A DNA stretch of 64,000 nucleotides, from positions 113,671-177,670 of the forward strand of contig JBDRIV010000004.1 of NCBI GenBank assembly GCA_043815505.1, given 5' to 3'. Shown in pieces: positions 42,348 through 53,075 of the stretch. The DNA comes from a bacterium (GTDB lineage Bacteria; Patescibacteriota; JABMPQ01; JBDRIV01). The stretch's first letter is position 1. Each line of letters begins with the position of its first letter. The notes beneath the pieces were generated by a model that worked only from the letters and a program-made list of their open reading frames with translations, had not been told where the DNA came from and ran no database searches. The position numbers were made by a program, and so were the translations under genes.

Positions 42348-44915
42348 TTAAAACAATCCAGCCGTTACATCAGCGCCTCCTCGAAAAGCGGAATCATAGG
42401 CAAAGAAATTTGGATAATTTCTGGGATAACCATTTACCTCAAATCCTCTTATGTGCGGACCACCACCATTGACTGCAGCAGTTAAAATTTCGGTGCGTCC
42501 GTCTTCATCAATATCAAACAAATCTACATGTGCTCCAATTTGGATATCGCCGTAGGCTTTAAATTCTCCTAATTGTGTATGATCTGAATTATAACGATAA
42601 ACTTTTATCCAAGCTTGCTCAGAAGAAGAACTTTGCGAAACGACAATTTCATCTTTACCATCGCCATCGTAATCCCCTGTCCCTACATCTACCCCACCAC
42701 GATAATCGGGATGAAAGGCAAAAAACTGAATTCCTTTAGCTGTGCCGTCCGCTTCAAAAACTCTAATTTGTGGTCCACCACCTGGTCCAGCACCGACAAT
42801 CACTTCGTCCTTACCATCATTATCAACGTCTCCCATAGCCACCGAGGCACCGGATTCCACATTACCAAAAGCATTCCATTCGCCCACAATTGTTTTGTCA
42901 TTATTGTAGCGATAAATTTTTACCCAGGCTTGTCCACCTTGCGCTTGCGCGGCAGCAATTTCTGCTTTGCCGTCGCCGTCCGTATCGCCACAAGCAATGT
43001 TAGTTCCAGTTCGAGAATCGGGATGAAAAGCAAAAAATTGAATTCCGCGCATCGAACCATCGGCTTCATAAACTTTAATGTGCGAACCAGCTCCAGCCAT
43101 CGGGGCAGTTATAACTTCATCAGCTCCGTCGCCATCAATATCACAAGCAGCCACATTAACACCGGATCGCATGGAAGTTCCATAAGGAAAAACATTTAAA
43201 ACTGATGGTGTTCCCGTTGGGCCGAAGCTTCTAACCTGACCACTACCTGGTCCAGAACCAGTTATAATTCGTAAATAATTTGGCATTGCTGAAACTTTGG
43301 TTTTAGCAGAATAATTGGGAACTTCATCATAAGAAAATATACTATAATAATATGTTTGACCGTTTGTAACCGAGGTATCTTCTTTGTATTCTCTACTACC
43401 AGAATAAATAGATGTTCCATCAGTGACGCTGGAAGGATAACCTGAAGTTTTTCGTCTGATCTTCACACCAGCAAAATCGTTGGTAGAGGGATTATCCCAG
43501 GTTAAAGAAACAAATCCATCATGTGGAATGGCAGTAAAATTACTAACTTTTGCAGGGGGTGTAGAATCATTGTTTAAAGCAGCAGAAATATTTATTAAAC
43601 CGTAACCATATTTATTATCTCTACCAGCCGCACCTAAATCAGTTGCGGTGTTTTTTATTGTTGTCCAAATATTAGCGGGAGCGATGCCTTTAGCTAACAT
43701 TAAAGCGACAGCTCCAGATACGTGAGGTGTAGCCATCGAAGTTCCCTGCCAAAATTGATAGGAAAAAGTAGTACAAGCTGAAGTGTTGCAAGTATCTTGT
43801 ATAATTCCATCGCCATGGCCATCACCGTTTTGATCAACAGAAGTATCTCCACCTGGCGCCATAATATCTAAAGCTGAACCGTAATTGGAATAACTAGCAC
43901 GCGTGGCATCATAACGAGTGGCACCAACCGCAATTACACCAGAGTGCGAAGCAGGATAATCAAGAGTGGGATCACCAATACTATCGCCTCCACCATTGCC
44001 AGCGGCAGCAACCACAATAACATTATGGGAAATAGCATGATCAATTGCTGATTTTAATGTAGCGCTATAACTTCCGCCCAAACTTAAATTTATAACGTCG
44101 GCGCCATGATTAACGGCATAATTAATTCCATCTGCTACAGCTGAAATTGGCCCCCAACCTACATCATCTAAAACTTTAACGGGCATTATTGTAGTATTGA
44201 AAGCAATTCCCGCTGTACCTAAATTATTATTGGTAGCTTGGGCAATCGTTCCAGAAACGTGCGTGCCGTGTCCATTATCATCATTGGGATGCGCATCACC
44301 ATTTATATAATCATAACCAGAGGTAAAATTTGTTCCTGCAAAATCTGGTGCTTTTTTATAACCACCATAATTCTCATAAGAAACTCCTGTATCAACAACT
44401 GCTACTACCACACTAGCAGCACCACCATATTTAGGATTTTTTTGATCAACGTTCCAAGCACTGGGCATATTAACATCTGAATTTGTTCCATTTCTAGTAT
44501 TGTGAAAATTCCATTGTAAATAAAAATAAGTGTCATTGGGCACATAGGAAGCTGTGTAAATATAATTCGGCTCGGCAAATTCCACTGCTGGGTTGTTATT
44601 TAATTCTGTAACAAATTCTTCTACACTTTTATTTTGTGGCACAGAAGCATTTGTTATTTTTTGCTCTGTAACACTTTTTACAGTCGAATTTTTTGCTGAC
44701 AATATTTTTAAACCACCAGTTTCTGATACATTATCTTTGAATTTAACTAAAACTTCACCTTCTACATAATCGGTAGCAGGTTCAGTGATGAAAGTTTTTC
44801 TTCCCAAATCGTCTTGAGCTGCTTGCAAATAAAAATCCGGATTAAATCCAGACATAGAAAACATGGTTGCCACAGCAATTAGACAAATCAAATAAAGGTG
44901 TTTTTTGTTTTTCAT
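42348..44915 (-). CDS. secreted S8 subtilase with FN3-like domain and FG-GAP repeats
   Basis: VVDTG, GHGTHVSG, GTSMATPHV triad; repeated DxDGDGxxEI. Confidence 0.93.
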   Translation of the reverse strand: MKNKKHLYLICLIAVATMFSMSGFNPDFYLQAAQDDLGRKTFITEPATDYVEGEVLVKFKDNVSETGGLKILSAKNSTVKSVTEQKITNASVPQNKSVEEFVTELNNNPAVEFAEPNYIYTASYVPNDTYFYLQWNFHNTRNGTNSDVNMPSAWNVDQKNPKYGGAASVVVAVVDTGVSYENYGGYKKAPDFAGTNFTSGYDYINGDAHPNDDNGHGTHVSGTIAQATNNNLGTAGIAFNTTIMPVKVLDDVGWGPISAVADGINYAVNHGADVINLSLGGSYSATLKSAIDHAISHNVIVVAAAGNGGGDSIGDPTLDYPASHSGVIAVGATRYDATRASYSNYGSALDIMAPGGDTSVDQNGDGHGDGIIQDTCNTSACTTFSYQFWQGTSMATPHVSGAVALMLAKGIAPANIWTTIKNTATDLGAAGRDNKYGYGLINISAALNNDSTPPAKVSNFTAIPHDGFVSLTWDNPSTNDFAGVKIRRKTSGYPSSVTDGTSIYSGSREYKEDTSVTNGQTYYYSIFSYDEVPNYSAKTKVSAMPNYLRIITGSGPGSGQVRSFGPTGTPSVLNVFPYGTSMRSGVNVAACDIDGDGADEVITAPMAGAGSHIKVYEADGSMRGIQFFAFHPDSRTGTNIACGDTDGDGKAEIAAAQAQGGQAWVKIYRYNNDKTIVGEWNAFGNVESGASVAMGDVDNDGKDEVIVGAGPGGGPQIRVFEADGTAKGIQFFAFHPDYRGGVDVGTGDYDGDGKDEIVVSQSSSSEQAWIKVYRYNSDHTQLGEFKAYGDIQIGAHVDLFDIDEDGRTEILTAAVNGGGPHIRGFEVNGYPRNYPNFFAYDSAFRGGADVTAGLF

Positions 44916-44984
44916 TTTATTTCCCTCTTTTAAAAGTCTTTTACTATTTAAGTATACACCAAAATAGCAATAAAATCAAGGTTT

Positions 44985-46169
44985 TTAAATAACTTTTACC
45001 GCTTTAATGGCAAAAAGACTTATTACTCCCAAAATTAAAACAGTAATTCCTAAAACTATAAAAGTTTGTGAAATCGAATAAATATCGGCAAAATAACCGG
45101 CAAAAGGAATTATTAAGGCATATGTTATGCTATTAATTAATCCATGAATAGACAAAACGGTTGCGCGGCGATCAGAAGTGGTTAATTTGTTTATGTAATC
45201 GGTTAAAACAGTTTTGGCAAAGGCTCTCACAAATTGTTGAATAAAAGCAAAGGAAAAACTAAAAAGCCAAATAATGTTACCCATCAACAAATAACTGATA
45301 CCAATTAAAAATGGCAACATTACTAAAGAATAGCGCGCGCCCAGTTTCTTTTCCAGTTTGTAAGTTAATTTAGAACTGATAGCTGCCACAATTTGGAAAG
45401 ATGCAAAAATAACTCCAAAATAAATAATATCAACACCGGTTTCTTTTACATAAGGTTGATAAAACCACAGCACCGCTTGATTAAAACCAAAAATAATTCC
45501 AGCATAAATTATCAACCACTTCAATTTTTTGCTATGTAAAAATATTTCTTTAAGTATGTTTACAAGCTCTTTCGTATACCCTTCTTTAATAACTAATTTT
45601 GTTCTAACTGGTTCATACAAAGAAAAGGCTATAGGAATAAGCAATATTTGAAAAGGTAAAACTAAATAAAAAGTTAAACGAAAACTATAGTCACCAATAA
45701 TACTTCCTAAAATGGAAGAGATGGCAATAAAAGTTAAAGTTATAAAATAAGTATTGCCAAATATTTTTTTGTAATCTTTTGTTCTGCCCAGCCCTTTTAA
45801 AGTATCAAAAATAAAAGCGGAATCAGTTCCAGAAATGAAGGAAATGGCCAAAGCCAAAGAAAATTCTGCTAAAAAGAATTCTAGGAAAGAATCGCTAATA
45901 CTATAAATAGCCATTCCTAAAAATGAAAATAAGCCAGCCCAAATTAGAATTTTCTTACGACTAAAAAGATCGGCCAAATATCCTGATGGCACTTCTAAAA
46001 CCACAACTGAAATAGCAAACAAAGATTGCAGAACCATAATTTGCGTTAGTGACAAACCATGTTCCTGCCAAAACAAAACCACAATGGGCAAAGCAAAAAA
46101 TATACCTCTTATGGCCATGAAGAGGTAGAATTTCCAAATATTACTTTGTAACTTCAATTCTTCATTCAT
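44985..46169 (-). CDS. MFS transporter
   Basis: LEVPSGYLAD.FSRK, RRATVLS. Confidence 0.88.
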   Translation of the reverse strand: MNEELKLQSNIWKFYLFMAIRGIFFALPIVVLFWQEHGLSLTQIMVLQSLFAISVVVLEVPSGYLADLFSRKKILIWAGLFSFLGMAIYSISDSFLEFFLAEFSLALAISFISGTDSAFIFDTLKGLGRTKDYKKIFGNTYFITLTFIAISSILGSIIGDYSFRLTFYLVLPFQILLIPIAFSLYEPVRTKLVIKEGYTKELVNILKEIFLHSKKLKWLIIYAGIIFGFNQAVLWFYQPYVKETGVDIIYFGVIFASFQIVAAISSKLTYKLEKKLGARYSLVMLPFLIGISYLLMGNIIWLFSFSFAFIQQFVRAFAKTVLTDYINKLTTSDRRATVLSIHGLINSITYALIIPFAGYFADIYSISQTFIVLGITVLILGVISLFAIKAVKVI

Positions 46170-46512
46170 TTTTTACTCTGCGTACAATTAAATAAGAAAC
46201 AAAAATACCCACACCGTCTATTAAAACATCCATACTGCTGCCCATTCTACCCAGAATAAACAATTGATGAAACTCATCCAGTACCGCATACAAAATTGCC
46301 AATAGAATTGCATAAGTTACCAGTTTTTTATCATATTTCAAGGCGCGATAAACTAACCAAAACAAAACGCCAAATTCTACCATATGAGCAATTTTACGCA
46401 AGACAAAATCCCAATTTCCCAGACCGGAACTTAAGTTGGGTTGATTGGAAAAAAAGAAAATTAGGCCAGCCCATAAAATTGGTGGCAATACCTTGTAGAA
46501 AAAGTGTTTCAT
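46162..46512 (-). CDS. VanZ family protein
   Basis: RKIAH..EF, DEFHQ.F..GR..S..DVLID. Confidence 0.9.
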   Translation of the reverse strand: MKHFFYKVLPPILWAGLIFFFSNQPNLSSGLGNWDFVLRKIAHMVEFGVLFWLVYRALKYDKKLVTYAILLAILYAVLDEFHQLFILGRMGSSMDVLIDGVGIFVSYLIVRRVKNE

Positions 46513-46572
46513 TGCTATGCTAAATAAGACCTTAAATGGTTTCTTTTATATTATAACATTTTTGGAAAAAAG

Positions 46573-46676
46573 CCCGGTTGTACAACCGGGAACAATCAGA
46601 ATACAAACCTCTCTTATTAATAATATCGTAATAGAAAGATAAATACAATTATTAATCATTAATTTGTACAACTGGG
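46573..46676 (+). repeat. TIR element E7, abuts PHP gene ATG
   Basis: cccggttgtacaa ... ttgtacaactggg|ATG, 104 bp. Confidence 0.8.
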
Positions 46677-47510
46677 ATGGCGACTTTGCGGTTAAGACGT
46701 GAAAAATTAGATGCTAAAAAATGGCACGATCAGGGTTATCAGCTTTTTGATATGCATTTGCATACCAAATTTTCTAATGATGCTTTTTCTTCAGTTAATA
46801 GAGTTTTAAAATTGGCCAAGAGAAAAGGAATTGGTTTGGCAATTTCCGATCACAATGAAATTCGCGGCTCGGTAATTGCTGCCAAAAACAAAATGGGCGT
46901 GCCCATAATTCCCGGTATTGAATTGAAATTTCAGCGTAATTTAGACATTTTATGTTACTTTTATTCAGTGGAAGATTTACAAAATTTTTTTCGTAAATAT
47001 GTCGAACCACATTTAAAAACTCCTTTCGCACCAACCAATATTCGCTTCATCGATATGGCGCCGGAATATTTCTTTTCCCAGATTCATGATATTAATTACG
47101 TTGTAAGTATTGCTCATCCTTTTGTTTTTCGAGCTGGTGCCGCTGTTTTAATAAAGGAAAAATTCATTTCGGCTCATTTATTAGATTATGCTACTATGGT
47201 AGAAATTATGAATGGTCACATGACAAAAGGAACAAATTTGAAGGCAGCTCGTTGGAAACTAGCATCACACAAGAACGCTTCGGGCGGCTCCGATTCTCAT
47301 ATGGGAATCAATGTTGGACGCATGGTCACAGCTACTAAAGTTATGGATGCCGAGCATTTTTTAGATGCTGTTAAGCGTGAATCAATTGCTATTGGTAAAG
47401 AACCTTTTTATATGAACACGATTGTTTCTTTTGCCATTGGATTATTAAAAATTATTATATTACATTTTAAAGATTTAATTTTTAAATCATCAAGGAAAAA
47501 AGATGTCTAA
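46677..47510 (+). CDS. PHP domain metal-dependent phosphoesterase
   Basis: DMHLHT, ISDHN, AHP, GGSDSH. Confidence 0.9.
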   Translation: MATLRLRREKLDAKKWHDQGYQLFDMHLHTKFSNDAFSSVNRVLKLAKRKGIGLAISDHNEIRGSVIAAKNKMGVPIIPGIELKFQRNLDILCYFYSVEDLQNFFRKYVEPHLKTPFAPTNIRFIDMAPEYFFSQIHDINYVVSIAHPFVFRAGAAVLIKEKFISAHLLDYATMVEIMNGHMTKGTNLKAARWKLASHKNASGGSDSHMGINVGRMVTATKVMDAEHFLDAVKRESIAIGKEPFYMNTIVSFAIGLLKIIILHFKDLIFKSSRKKDV

Positions 47511-48102
47511 TATTTCTGGTCTTAGTAAAGAAGAATCTGGATTTTGGAATAAATGGAATAATATGAAAAAGCCAATTTTTGAACCATTTGTTAAAATTTG
47601 CCAGATTTTAAAAATTCAACCCAATTGGATAAGTTATACGGCTATTGTCTTGTCGATTGTATTTTATTTCTTAATTAGCAAAGATATTTTATGGGCGACT
47701 GTAATTTTGTTTGCCGGATTACTACTAGATGGTTTAGATGGACCAGTTGCTCGCGCTACAGGCAAAGCCGGTCCGCGTGGTGCTATTACAGATGTAACAG
47801 CTGATATGCTCGCTATTACTTTTACGGCGATGGCTTGGGCGAAAATTGGTTTGGTAGAATATAATTTAACTGTGATTTACGTTTTGTTTTACGCTTTGAT
47901 TTTATTTTCTACTTTTGTACGCAATGCTATGGATAAACCGCATGGTTATATGATAATTCGTCCTCGCCTTACAACTTACATTTTGTTTTTGTTTTTTGTA
48001 ATTTGGAACGTGAATTTGCTCCCAGTCGCCTTTTGGATGTCCGTAGTTTATTTAGGAATTGTGTTAGTGATGAATTTTGTGGTTATTCGAAGAGAGTTAT
48101 AG
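47503..48102 (+). CDS. CDP-alcohol phosphatidyltransferase
   Basis: DGLDGPVARA...G...D...D motif. Confidence 0.9.
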   Translation: MSNISGLSKEESGFWNKWNNMKKPIFEPFVKICQILKIQPNWISYTAIVLSIVFYFLISKDILWATVILFAGLLLDGLDGPVARATGKAGPRGAITDVTADMLAITFTAMAWAKIGLVEYNLTVIYVLFYALILFSTFVRNAMDKPHGYMIIRPRLTTYILFLFFVIWNVNLLPVAFWMSVVYLGIVLVMNFVVIRREL

Positions 48103-48107
48103 ATTTT

Positions 48108-48418
48108 GGCTTTTTGAAAAAGCCAGGTGGAAAAACCTGGTTTTTTGTATAAATAATTATCATTATGGCTTTAGTCTTCCACCTTTTGGCAGCAATTTCT
48201 CCTCTACCTTTTGGCGCCAAAAGGTAGCCAAAAGCGCCTCGCGGTGGTTGATTTTTGAAGCTCACTATCAGCTCGACCTTATTAATTTCCTGAACTCCCC
48301 AGCTCCAGTTTTTTAAACTGGGGCTGGGTCAAACAGCAGGAAATTTTGCTAACGCAAACATTCGGTCTTTGCTTGAGTCGAGCAAACAAAAATCCCCACA
48401 TGCTCGGGGATTTTTTTA
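48108..48418. repeat. mosaic of nested palindromes
   Basis: ctaccttttggcgccaaaaggtag; aatttcctg..caggaaatt enclosing CCCAGC hairpin 48298-48328; aaaatcccc..ggggatttt. Confidence 0.6.
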
Positions 48419-48603
48419 CGACGACTTATACTCTTACTCATCAAGTCAAGTTAACCAACCTCACCCCAGGTTGGAAATCGTGCTATTAGCCATTAGCTCT
48501 TGGCTATTTGCCAATTATGCTCACCATAGGCTCGATAAACGACGTCGGACAAAGTTAAGTTTACCAAATTCAACTCAGATAGGATTACAAATTAAATACT
48601 CTA

Positions 48604-49200
48604 TTAGGGAATATAATTAGAGTAAATTATTCTCCAGAATAGAATAACTGTATAAAGTATTGAAAAGATAGAATACAACAATACAAAATAAAATAAAAAT
48701 AAACCATAATCTAATTTAATAAATTCAACCGATAAAAGAATTAAGCTTATTATAATATTTATTGATAAAAATATAAAAGAGTGCCTTAAATTTCTAAATA
48801 CTTCATTTTTTCTTTTGTAATTAATTTTATAATATTCAAATAGTGTTTTTATTAAATCTATTGTCCCTGTATTTGTGTTTGGTTCTGGAATAAATCCGAA
48901 GCTTGAAATTAAATATTTTCTTAATTCATCAAGTTTTTCAGCTGTCAATATATCGACATTTATTTTCTTAAATTCTTTTATAATTTTAAAGTTATGAATG
49001 TTTGGATATTTATATTTAGGTAATTGTGTTTTCTTTATCTTGAATATTAAATCTATAATGATTTCTCTGTATTTATAAATACAAGTTGTAATTTTATCAA
49101 TTTTAAACACAACAAATGTTCCACCCAACGCTAAAATGGCCGCACAAACTTGAGCAATTGTACTAAAAGTCCAAAACCAAATTTCTTGTGTAATAATCAT
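48604..49200 (-). CDS. very AT-rich hypothetical membrane protein; probable start 49200
   Basis: FSTIAQ..AAILA N-terminal TM and two C-terminal TMs. Confidence 0.65.
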   Translation of the reverse strand: MIITQEIWFWTFSTIAQVCAAILALGGTFVVFKIDKITTCIYKYREIIIDLIFKIKKTQLPKYKYPNIHNFKIIKEFKKINVDILTAEKLDELRKYLISSFGFIPEPNTNTGTIDLIKTLFEYYKINYKRKNEVFRNLRHSFIFLSINIIISLILLSVEFIKLDYGLFLFYFVLLYSIFSILYTVILFWRIIYSNYIP

Positions 49201-49258
49201 ATATTTTATAATAAACCAACTACATTGTAGTTGGTTTGAGTGATTTTGCAAGGTTTAA

Positions 49259-49864
49259 TTAACCTCTTAATTCTTTTTCGTACAAAATTTTTCTACAAGT
49301 GCAGTAGTTCCCTAAATGACACAACGCTAAACGAGTTGCTGTGAATTCTATTGGATAACTAAGCTCATCCTTTAGATCTCCTATCCCCAATGTTATGTGA
49401 GGATTATAATTTTCATAACTGCTTTCGTTTAAATAACTATTGACCCAAATATCTGCAACCTCAACTTCTGGTGGAGTAAAAAACATCTTATTTTTCGCAT
49501 TCCATTTTAGTAATTCCAAGTTTTTATTTATAATTTTCTCGTGCAATTCCTGTATTTGATCATTTGCATGTATTAAAAAATATGGACACAGTTCATTTGT
49601 AGGAATTTTTTCAATGGTAGTATCTTGAATTTGCAAATTTATTGATTTTGTTTCTTTAGCAATTTTATCTAGATTCTGTCCAATTGTTGGTAAATTCACA
49701 TAATCTATAACACCCATAGCCAAAGATATATGTGGTAAACATTTTTCTTTGTCTAAGACTATTTTTTCTTTTCCCTCAACTATAAGCTTTCTATTTTGTT
49801 CTATTGCCAAATCCATTATTTCATCTGGTGGCAATAGAACAATATCAATAGCAAGTTTTTTCAT
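49259..49864 (-). CDS. 2H phosphoesterase (2'-5' RNA ligase-like)
   Basis: PHISL and PHITL motifs. Confidence 0.8.
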   Translation of the reverse strand: MKKLAIDIVLLPPDEIMDLAIEQNRKLIVEGKEKIVLDKEKCLPHISLAMGVIDYVNLPTIGQNLDKIAKETKSINLQIQDTTIEKIPTNELCPYFLIHANDQIQELHEKIINKNLELLKWNAKNKMFFTPPEVEVADIWVNSYLNESSYENYNPHITLGIGDLKDELSYPIEFTATRLALCHLGNYCTCRKILYEKELRG

Positions 49865-49876
49865 AATATTTTTTAA

Positions 49877-51100
49877 TTACATAGCATCTGCTATGCGCTT
49901 CACTGCTAACAGATACGCGCCCATGCGGAGGTCTGCTTTGTGTTTTTTTGCCATTTTATAAATATCTTGGAAAGCTTTCTTCATTATCGGTTCAAGTTTT
50001 TGTAAAACTTCTTCCTCTGTCCAATGTTCATTTTTCATATTCTGATCCCATTCAAAATAACTTCCAGTTACTCCGCCAGCGTTGGCTAAAACATCAGGAA
50101 TAAGGAGAATATTATTCTGGAATAGAATTTCATCTGCTTCAGGAGTTGTTGGACCATTGGCTAATTCCACAACAATTTTAGCTTTAATATTAGCTGTATT
50201 AACATCGGTAATCTGATTTTCAAGTGCTGCTGGCACTAACACATCTACATCGAGTTCCAATATTTCTTCGTTAGAAACTTTTTTAGGAGCTTCGAAGTTC
50301 ACTACGCTCCCCTTCTCTAATTTCATTTTTTCAACTGCATCTGGATCCATACCATCAGGATTATAAATTCCACCTTGCGAATCAGAGACAGCCACAATCT
50401 TCATATCTTTTTTATGAAGTAATTTTGCCATGTGAGCGCCAGCATTGCCAAAACCTTGAATGGCAACCGTAGTTCCCTCTTCTAGCTTTTTTAATACTTT
50501 AAGCGCTTCTTCCAAAACATAAACTCCGCCTTGGGCTGTGGAAAAACTTCTTCCTTCCGAACCGCCATCTTCAATTGGCTTACCGGTAATTACAGCTGGT
50601 GTGTCTTTACCAACAATTTTTGAATATTCATCTTTCATCCACGACATAATTTGTGGCGTGGTATTTACGTCTGGTGCTGGTACGTCTTTGTTTGGTCCAA
50701 TAAATTCATGAATTTCTTGAATAAAACCGCGGGTAAGTTTTTCTAATTCTGTGTTAGAAAGTTCTTTCGGATTAACTGTAATTCCCCCCTTACCACCACC
50801 GAAAGGAATATTAACAGCCGCACATTTTATCGCCATCCAAGCTGACAACGCTTTTACTTCATCCATATTTACTTGTTCATGGTATCTGATTCCGCCTTTG
50901 TAAGGACCGCGCGCATTATTAAACTGAACTCGGTAGCCGTGAAATTTTTTAGTTTCGCCATTATCCATTTGCACGGGAACTTCAACTTCAATTATATTTT
51001 TTGGTTTTGTTAATTTGGCAATTGTGTCATCATCCAAATTTAACATTTTAGCCGCTTTGGTAATTTGACTTACAGCAGTTTGAAAAGGATTGTTTTCCAT
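49877..51100 (-). CDS. gdhA: glutamate dehydrogenase (Glu/Leu/Phe/Val family)
   Basis: GPYKGGIR, GGGKGG, DVPAPD, QGFGNAG, ELANGP. Confidence 0.95.
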   Translation of the reverse strand: MENNPFQTAVSQITKAAKMLNLDDDTIAKLTKPKNIIEVEVPVQMDNGETKKFHGYRVQFNNARGPYKGGIRYHEQVNMDEVKALSAWMAIKCAAVNIPFGGGKGGITVNPKELSNTELEKLTRGFIQEIHEFIGPNKDVPAPDVNTTPQIMSWMKDEYSKIVGKDTPAVITGKPIEDGGSEGRSFSTAQGGVYVLEEALKVLKKLEEGTTVAIQGFGNAGAHMAKLLHKKDMKIVAVSDSQGGIYNPDGMDPDAVEKMKLEKGSVVNFEAPKKVSNEEILELDVDVLVPAALENQITDVNTANIKAKIVVELANGPTTPEADEILFQNNILLIPDVLANAGGVTGSYFEWDQNMKNEHWTEEEVLQKLEPIMKKAFQDIYKMAKKHKADLRMGAYLLAVKRIADAM

Positions 51101-51199
51101 TGAGATAATTAAATATTTAGAATTTCATTATAGCACATTTCAATATATAAAAAGTTAGAAAAACCGCTTTTTTGAAAACGGTTTAATTTATTATCATTT

Positions 51200-53023
51200 C
51201 TATTTATCGCTCTTTTTTGTGTCTTCTTCCACCTCAAAACCATTTGTGGTGGCGGTTTGTTGAACTTGATCAGAGATTTCTTCCAACACGGAATTATTTA
51301 TATCTCGATTACGAGCAGATTCTAGGGCATCTAGAATTTCATAAAAAGTATCAATAGTAGGGTCATTGCCAAAATCTTTGAGCTTAGTTTGTAAAATTTC
51401 AATATAGATTTGGTTAGCACTCTCTTTCAAAATATTAATTTCGTCCTGCGGTAAACTTAAAATATCAGCTCTAATCATACTATCAGCCAACTTTTGATAA
51501 TTGCTTTCGGACGGATCGTTAACATATTCATCCAAACGAAAATCAACCACACTTTGTTTATAATTCTGACCAGCTTCACTTAATTTATTTTCATCAATAT
51601 CAACTCTTAATTGCAGCAATTTTTCATAATAAAGAGCAAATTTGCTAAAGTTATCTTCACCACCATCACTTTTCATACGATTCACTTCATTATTAAATGC
51701 TTGCCCATAAAATTCTGCTGCTTCTTGTGGCTGCAATAATTCTGCTTGGGGAAAGGTAGTGAGAGTTGGTGGAACTTCTCCTAAAATATAAGCCGCTACA
51801 ATTCTGGAATCTGTAATTCTTTGAGGTTGAAAGAAACTACCTGTTACATCAAGAACTTTTCTTTGCTCAGAATTATTTATAATTCTAACGTCCAGTTCCA
51901 TAAAACCTCCCCGCGAAACAGCTAATATTTCCAACTCTCCTTTTTCATACATTCTATCCAACTCGGAAACATTCACCACTTCCTCATCTTCAGCATATAC
52001 TGTCGGCACCAAACTAAGTTTAATTTCACCAGAATCAAAATAGTTATAGGTTAATATTACAAGCATTAAAAGCAGAATTGTAAAAGCTATTAAAATTAAA
52101 GCCATCAGATATGGTTTTTTGGAAAAGAAAATTCTTTTTTTAACCATAACTATAAATGCAATAATAACCAAAAGAAAACTGAAAAACATTCTAACAATAT
52201 CTAGAAGATCTAAACCACCAAATTTTAATTCTTCAACAGAAAAGAGTTCAGTGTCTTCCAAACCAGCCAAACTGGAGGCGCCTTCAGTTTTAGCGTCATC
52301 CAAAATTGATTTTTGAATATTATAAGGATCAGCAATATCAGCTTTAGCAGCACTTAGTAACGTTGACAAAGAAGATCTTTTTAAATTGACTTGATTTCCT
52401 TGATAAAACATTTCTTCACCAGTATAAGGAATTCCCCTTTCGCCATCAAGCGCATAAGTACGCAAACGCAAGTATTTTTCTTCGCCCGCTTCAAGAATAA
52501 CTGAAGATTTTTTGACAGCAACGCTAGTTGAACAATTGAAACTTGCTAATAATTTTTTCTGATTAACTATTTTCTGTCGCCAATTTTTTGTAGCTTCAGC
52601 TTCATATTTAGCATCTGTATTATTGATCAAACAAGTAAAAGAAGAGTTGGCTAATTCTACTTCAGCTTTTCTGGTTGCTAATTCTCCCTGACAACGAAGA
52701 ACTTCGGTATCGTCAGTTTCTTGTTCACTAATTCCAGCAAAAACGGTTTCTCCTAAAGATTTAAAATAGTTTCGAGAAACTAATTTGATTTTATTTTCCG
52801 CTAAGGAAATAAATTCGTTGTGTAATACATCTAAACTGTCTAATTCAGAAACCTCGTCAGCAGAATCTGATTCACGCGGCACAGCTCCATTTTCATATGA
52901 AATTTGATAAGAATCGACACACTGACCATTTAAGTCATCAATTTCGGCAAGAGAAAAAGCCAGACTGGTTACTGGTACAATTAGAAACAAAGCAATAAAA
53001 AAAGTAAAAATTAGTCGCTTCAT
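51200..53023 (-). CDS. hypothetical membrane protein (signal peptide, two central TMs)
   Basis: 607-aa ORF. Confidence 0.75.
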   Translation of the reverse strand: MKRLIFTFFIALFLIVPVTSLAFSLAEIDDLNGQCVDSYQISYENGAVPRESDSADEVSELDSLDVLHNEFISLAENKIKLVSRNYFKSLGETVFAGISEQETDDTEVLRCQGELATRKAEVELANSSFTCLINNTDAKYEAEATKNWRQKIVNQKKLLASFNCSTSVAVKKSSVILEAGEEKYLRLRTYALDGERGIPYTGEEMFYQGNQVNLKRSSLSTLLSAAKADIADPYNIQKSILDDAKTEGASSLAGLEDTELFSVEELKFGGLDLLDIVRMFFSFLLVIIAFIVMVKKRIFFSKKPYLMALILIAFTILLLMLVILTYNYFDSGEIKLSLVPTVYAEDEEVVNVSELDRMYEKGELEILAVSRGGFMELDVRIINNSEQRKVLDVTGSFFQPQRITDSRIVAAYILGEVPPTLTTFPQAELLQPQEAAEFYGQAFNNEVNRMKSDGGEDNFSKFALYYEKLLQLRVDIDENKLSEAGQNYKQSVVDFRLDEYVNDPSESNYQKLADSMIRADILSLPQDEINILKESANQIYIEILQTKLKDFGNDPTIDTFYEILDALESARNRDINNSVLEEISDQVQQTATTNGFEVEEDTKKSDK

Positions 53024-53075
53024 ATAATAGTATTATAACATTTTTACCATAGAAAAAACAGGCTATTTTAGCCTG

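Noticed and set aside
42615-43199. 194-aa + strand ORF
   Set aside because: Antisense to the FG-GAP repeats of the subtilase
48083-48620. Short ORFs in the palindrome mosaic
   Set aside because: Translations of repeat DNA
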